From contig OZ024764.1 in assembly GCA_964016885.1 (NCBI GenBank), forward strand, positions 6,076,001-6,140,000: 64,000 nt of DNA, in the 5' to 3' direction. The notes beneath the pieces were generated by a model. That model searched no databases, was not told the origin of the DNA, and worked only from the letters and a program-made list of their open reading frames with translations. Made by a program: the position numbers and the translations under genes. Shown here piece by piece: positions 59,330 through 64,000 of the stretch. The first letter of the stretch is position 1. Every line of letters starts with the position of its first letter. This stretch comes from Eledone cirrhosa. Lineage: Eukaryota.

Positions 59330-61926
59330 GATGATATCATAAGTGGTGGTGGTGGTGGTGGAGGTCATATCATAAATGGTGGTGGTAGTGGAGGTCATAT
59401 CATAAGTGGTGGTGGTGGTGGTGGTGGAGGTCATATCATAAATGGTGGTGGTGGTGGTGGAGGTCATATCATAAGTGGTGGTGGTGGTGGTGGTGGAGGT
59501 CATATCATAAATGGTGGTGGTGGTGGTGGAGATCATATCATAAGTGGTGGTGGTGGTGGTGGTGGAGGTCATATCATAAATGGTGGTGGTGGTGGTGGAG
59601 GTCATATCATAAGTGGTGGTGGTGGTGGTGGTGGAGGTCATATCATAAATGGTGGTGGTGGTGGTGGAGATCATATCATAAGTGGTGGTGGTGGTGGTGG
59701 TGGAGGTCATATCATAAATGGTGGTGGTGGTGGTGGAGGTCATATCATAAATGGTGGTGGTGGTGGTGGAGGTCATATCATAAGTGGTGGTGGTGGTGGT
59801 GGTGGAAGTCATGTCATAAGTGGTGGTGGTGGAGGTCATATCATAAGTGGTGGTGGTAGGGGTGGTCTTGAATTGTTAACCCATCATCACCACACTACCA
59901 CAACCACCACCACCACCACAACACTACCACCATCACACCACCACACTACCATCATCACACCACCACACTACCACCAGCACCAACACACTACCACCACCAC
60001 CACCACACTACCATCACCACCACACTACCACCATCACATCTCCACCACCACAACACTACGACGATCATACCACCACACTACTACCACCACCACACTACAT
60101 CACCACCACGCTACTACCATCACCACCACACTACCACCATCACATCACCACCACAGTACCACCAGCACCACCACACTACCACCAGCACCACAACACTACC
60201 ACCCACTACCACCAGCACCACCACACTACCACCACTACATCACCACACTACACTACCACCAGCACCACAACACCTCCACCACCAGCACCACAACACTACC
60301 ACCACCAGCACCACAACACTACCACCAGCACCACAACACTACCACCATCACCACCAGCACCACCACACTACCACCAGCACCACAACACTACCACCACACT
60401 ACCACCATCACCACCACACTACCACCAGCACCACCACACTACCACCAGCACCACAACACTACCACCAGCACCACCACACTACCACCAGCACCACAACACT
60501 ACCACCCACTACCACCAGCACCACCACACTACCACCACTACATCACCACACTACACTACCACCAGCACCACAACACCTCCACCACCAGCACCACAACACT
60601 ACCACCAGCACCACATCACCACCACACTACCACCAGCACCACCACACTACCACCAGCACCACAACACTACCACCATCACCACAACACTACCACCAGCACC
60701 ACAACACTACCACCATCACCACCAGCACCACCACACTACCACCAGCACCACAACACTACCACCACACTACCACCACCACCACCACCACCATCACCACCAG
60801 CACCAGCACCACACCTCTACAACCACCATGACACCCCCTTCCTCCACATAACTGACCACAACATCACTTCACCCCCCCCCCCCCCCACCCCACCCCCCAC
60901 TTGCTACCCTTCCCCACCCCACCTTCCACCCTTCCCCACCCCACCTGCTACCCTTCCCCCACCCCACCCCACCCCCTTTCCCTACCACCTCTGTTCACCT
61001 ACCAGAATAAGATGTCTTATAAACTATTACATCTCTTTACTCTAATTATCTCTCTCACCTCTCTTACCTCTCTCTCTCACCTCTCTCTCTCTCACCTCTC
61101 TTACCTTTCTCTCTCACCTCTCTCTCTCTCATCTCTCTTACCTCTCTCTCTCACCTCTCTCTCTCTCATCTCTCTTACCTCTCTCTCTCACCTCTCTCTC
61201 TCACCTCTCTTACCTCTCTCTCTCTCACCTCTCTTACCTCTCTCTTACCTACCTCTTACCTCTCTCTCTCTCACCTCTCTTACCTCTCTTACCTACCTCT
61301 TACCTCTCTCTCTCTCACCTCTCTTACCTCTCTCTCTCTCTCACCTCTTACCTACCTCTTACCTCTCCCTCTCTTACCTACCTCTCTCTCTCTTTCACCT
61401 CTCTTACCTCTCTCTCTCACCTCTCTTACCCCTCTCTCTCTCACCTCTCTCACCTCTCTTACCTCTCTCTCTCTCTCACACACCTCTCACCTCTCTTACC
61501 TCTCTCTCTCTCTCACACACCTCTCACCTCTCTTACCTCTCTCTCACTTCTCTTACCCCTCTCTCTCTCACCTCTCTCACCTCTCTTACCTCTCTCTCTC
61601 TCTCTCACCTCTCTCACACACCTCTCACCTCTCTTACCTCTCTCACACACCTCTCTTACTTCTCTCTCTTTCTCACCTCTCTCACATCTCTTACCTCTCT
61701 CACACACCTCTTACCTACCTCTCACCTCTCTCACCTCTCTCTCCTCTCTTACCTCTCTCTCACCTCTCTTACCTCTCTCTCACCTCTCTTACCTCTCTCT
61801 CTCTCTCTCACCTCTCTCACCTCTCTCTCTCTCTCTCTCTGTTCTGTCATGTATGTGCACACACACATATTTGCGTGTATGTGTATATATATTTAACGTC
61901 CATGTCCATTTTCCACGCTAGCATGC

Positions 61927-61961
<35 letters not shown>

Positions 61962-62008
61962 GTGTCAATGTGTGTATGTATATATATATATGTATATATA
62001 TCTCTATA

Positions 62009-62059
<51 letters not shown>

Positions 62060-62115
62060 CAATGTGTGTATGTATGTATATATATATCTATATATATATA
62101 TACATATATATATAT

Positions 62116-62194
<79 letters not shown>

Positions 62195-62473
62195 TATATG
62201 TATATATATATGCATGTGTATATGTATATATATATGCATGTGTATGTGTATATGTATATATATATGCATGTGTATGTGTATATATATATGCATGTGTATA
62301 TGTATATATATATGTATGTGTATATATACATATATATATATATATATGTATACATACATATCTATATATATGTGTATATATACATACATATCTATATATA
62401 TGTGTATATATACATACAAATCTATATATATGTATATATATATACATACATATCTATATGTATATATGTATAT

Positions 62474-62517
<44 letters not shown>

Positions 62518-62520
62518 ATA
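59330..62520. repeat. GGAGGTCATATCATAA+(GGT)n minisatellite, (CCA)n-, (CT)n- and (TA)n-rich tracts
   Basis: Direct inspection. Confidence 0.9.
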
Positions 62521-62736
62521 GGTCAATGTACTGTACCACTCCCCCCCCCCCCCCACCACCACTTCACCTTCCCCACCCCTCCTCTATTCCACTTAGATTT
62601 TTCCATTTTTCTTTGATATACACACACAGCCTCACTTCCACATGCACATGCATAATTTGTCACACATACACTTATACACTTATACACACACTTATACACA
62701 TGCACTTATACACTCACACATGCAAACCCTCTATGC

Positions 62737-64000
62737 GTTTACTGGTTTCATTCAGACTGTGGCCATGCTGGGGCACTGCCTTCTTGTACTGGTTTCAATC
62801 AGACTGTGGCCATGCTGGGGCACTGCCTTCTTGTACTGGTTTCATTCAGACTGTGGCCATGCTGGGGCACTGCCTTCTTGTACTGGTTTTGGTCATTAGA
62901 CTGTGGCCATGCTGGGGCACTGACTTCTTGTACTGGTTTCATTCAGACTGTGGCCATGCTGGGGCACTGACTTCTTGTACTGGTTTCATTCAGACTGTGG
63001 CCATGCTGGGGCATTGCCTTCTTGTACTGGTTTTGGTCATTAGACTGTGGCCATGCTGGGGCACTGCCTTCTTGTACTGGTTTTGGTCATTAGACTGTGG
63101 CCATGCTGGGACACTGCCTTCTTGTACTGGTTTTGGTCATCAGACTGTGGCCATGCTGGGGCACTGCCTTCTTGTACTGGTTTCAGTCATTAGACTGTGG
63201 CCATGCTGGGGCACTGCCTTCTTGTACTGGTTTCAGTCATTAGACTGTGGCCATGCTGGGGCATTGCCTTCTTGTACTGGTTTCAGTCATTAGACTGTGG
63301 CCATGCTGGGGCACTGCCTTCTTGTACTGATTTCAGTCATTAGACTGTGGCCATGCTGGGGCACTGCCTTCTTGTACTGGTTTTGGTCATTAGACTGTGG
63401 CCATGCTGGGGCACTGCCTTCTTGTACTGGTTTTGGTCATTAGACTGTGGCCATGCTGGGGCACTGCCTTCTTGTACTGGTTTCAGTCATTAGACTGTGG
63501 CCATGCTGGGGCATTGCCTTCTTGTACTGGTTTTGGTCATTAGACTGTGGCCATGCTGGGGCACTGCCTTCTTGTACTGGTTTCAGTCATTAGACTGTGG
63601 CCATGCTGGGGCACTGCCTTCTTGTACTGGTTTTGGTCATCAGACTGTGGCCATGCTGGGGCACTGCCTTCTTGTACTGGTTTCAGTCATTAGACTGTGG
63701 CCATGCTGGGGCACTGCCTTCTTGTACTGGTTTCAGTCATTAGACTGTGGCCATGCTGGGGCACTGCCTTCTTGTACTGGTTTTGGTCATCAGACTGTGG
63801 CCATGCTGGGGCACTGCCTTCTTGTACTGGTTTCAGTCATTAGACTGTGGCCATGCTGGGGCACTGCCTTCTTGTACTGGTTTCAGTCATTAGACTGTGG
63901 CCATGCTGGGGCACTGCCTTCTTGTACTGGTTTCAGTCATTAGACTGTGGCCATGCTGGGGCACTGCCTTCTTGTACTGGTTTCAGTCATTAGACTGTGG
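62737..64000 (+). repeat. 50-bp minisatellite (family E), >=25 copies, runs off the window
   Basis: Unit TAGACTGTGGCCATGCTGGGGCACTGCCTTCTTGTACTGGTTTCAGTCAT. Confidence 0.95.

Overview
Gene-poor, AT-rich animal genomic DNA. The SINE families resemble, from memory, those of coleoid cephalopods (Octopus-like); this is an inference. No host protein-coding gene can be supported: nearly all ORFs in the track are translations of micro/minisatellites. The window holds (i) tRNA-headed SINEs of two main families, (ii) decayed RTE-clade and L1/Tx1-like LINE fragments, including an RT(YADD)+PHD-like piece and two 5'-inverted RTE ends, (iii) hAT- and piggyBac-type MITEs, and (iv) many tandem arrays (20, 47/50, 48, 49, 55, 83, 135, 145, 181 bp), most of them amplified pieces of those SINEs/LINEs. 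The main signal, invisible in the ORF track, is nine intact-looking and several degenerate type I hammerhead ribozyme motifs (CUGANGA/stem II/GAAA/short or palindromic stem III/NUH). They belong to several sequence families, sit in or beside (TA)n tracts, often lie in fold-back inverted repeats, and share a downstream ACTC..GAGT hairpin. They look like Penelope-like (PLE) pseudo-LTR or retrozyme-type units, and several have unusually extended stem II domains. All folds were made by eye; activity is untested.
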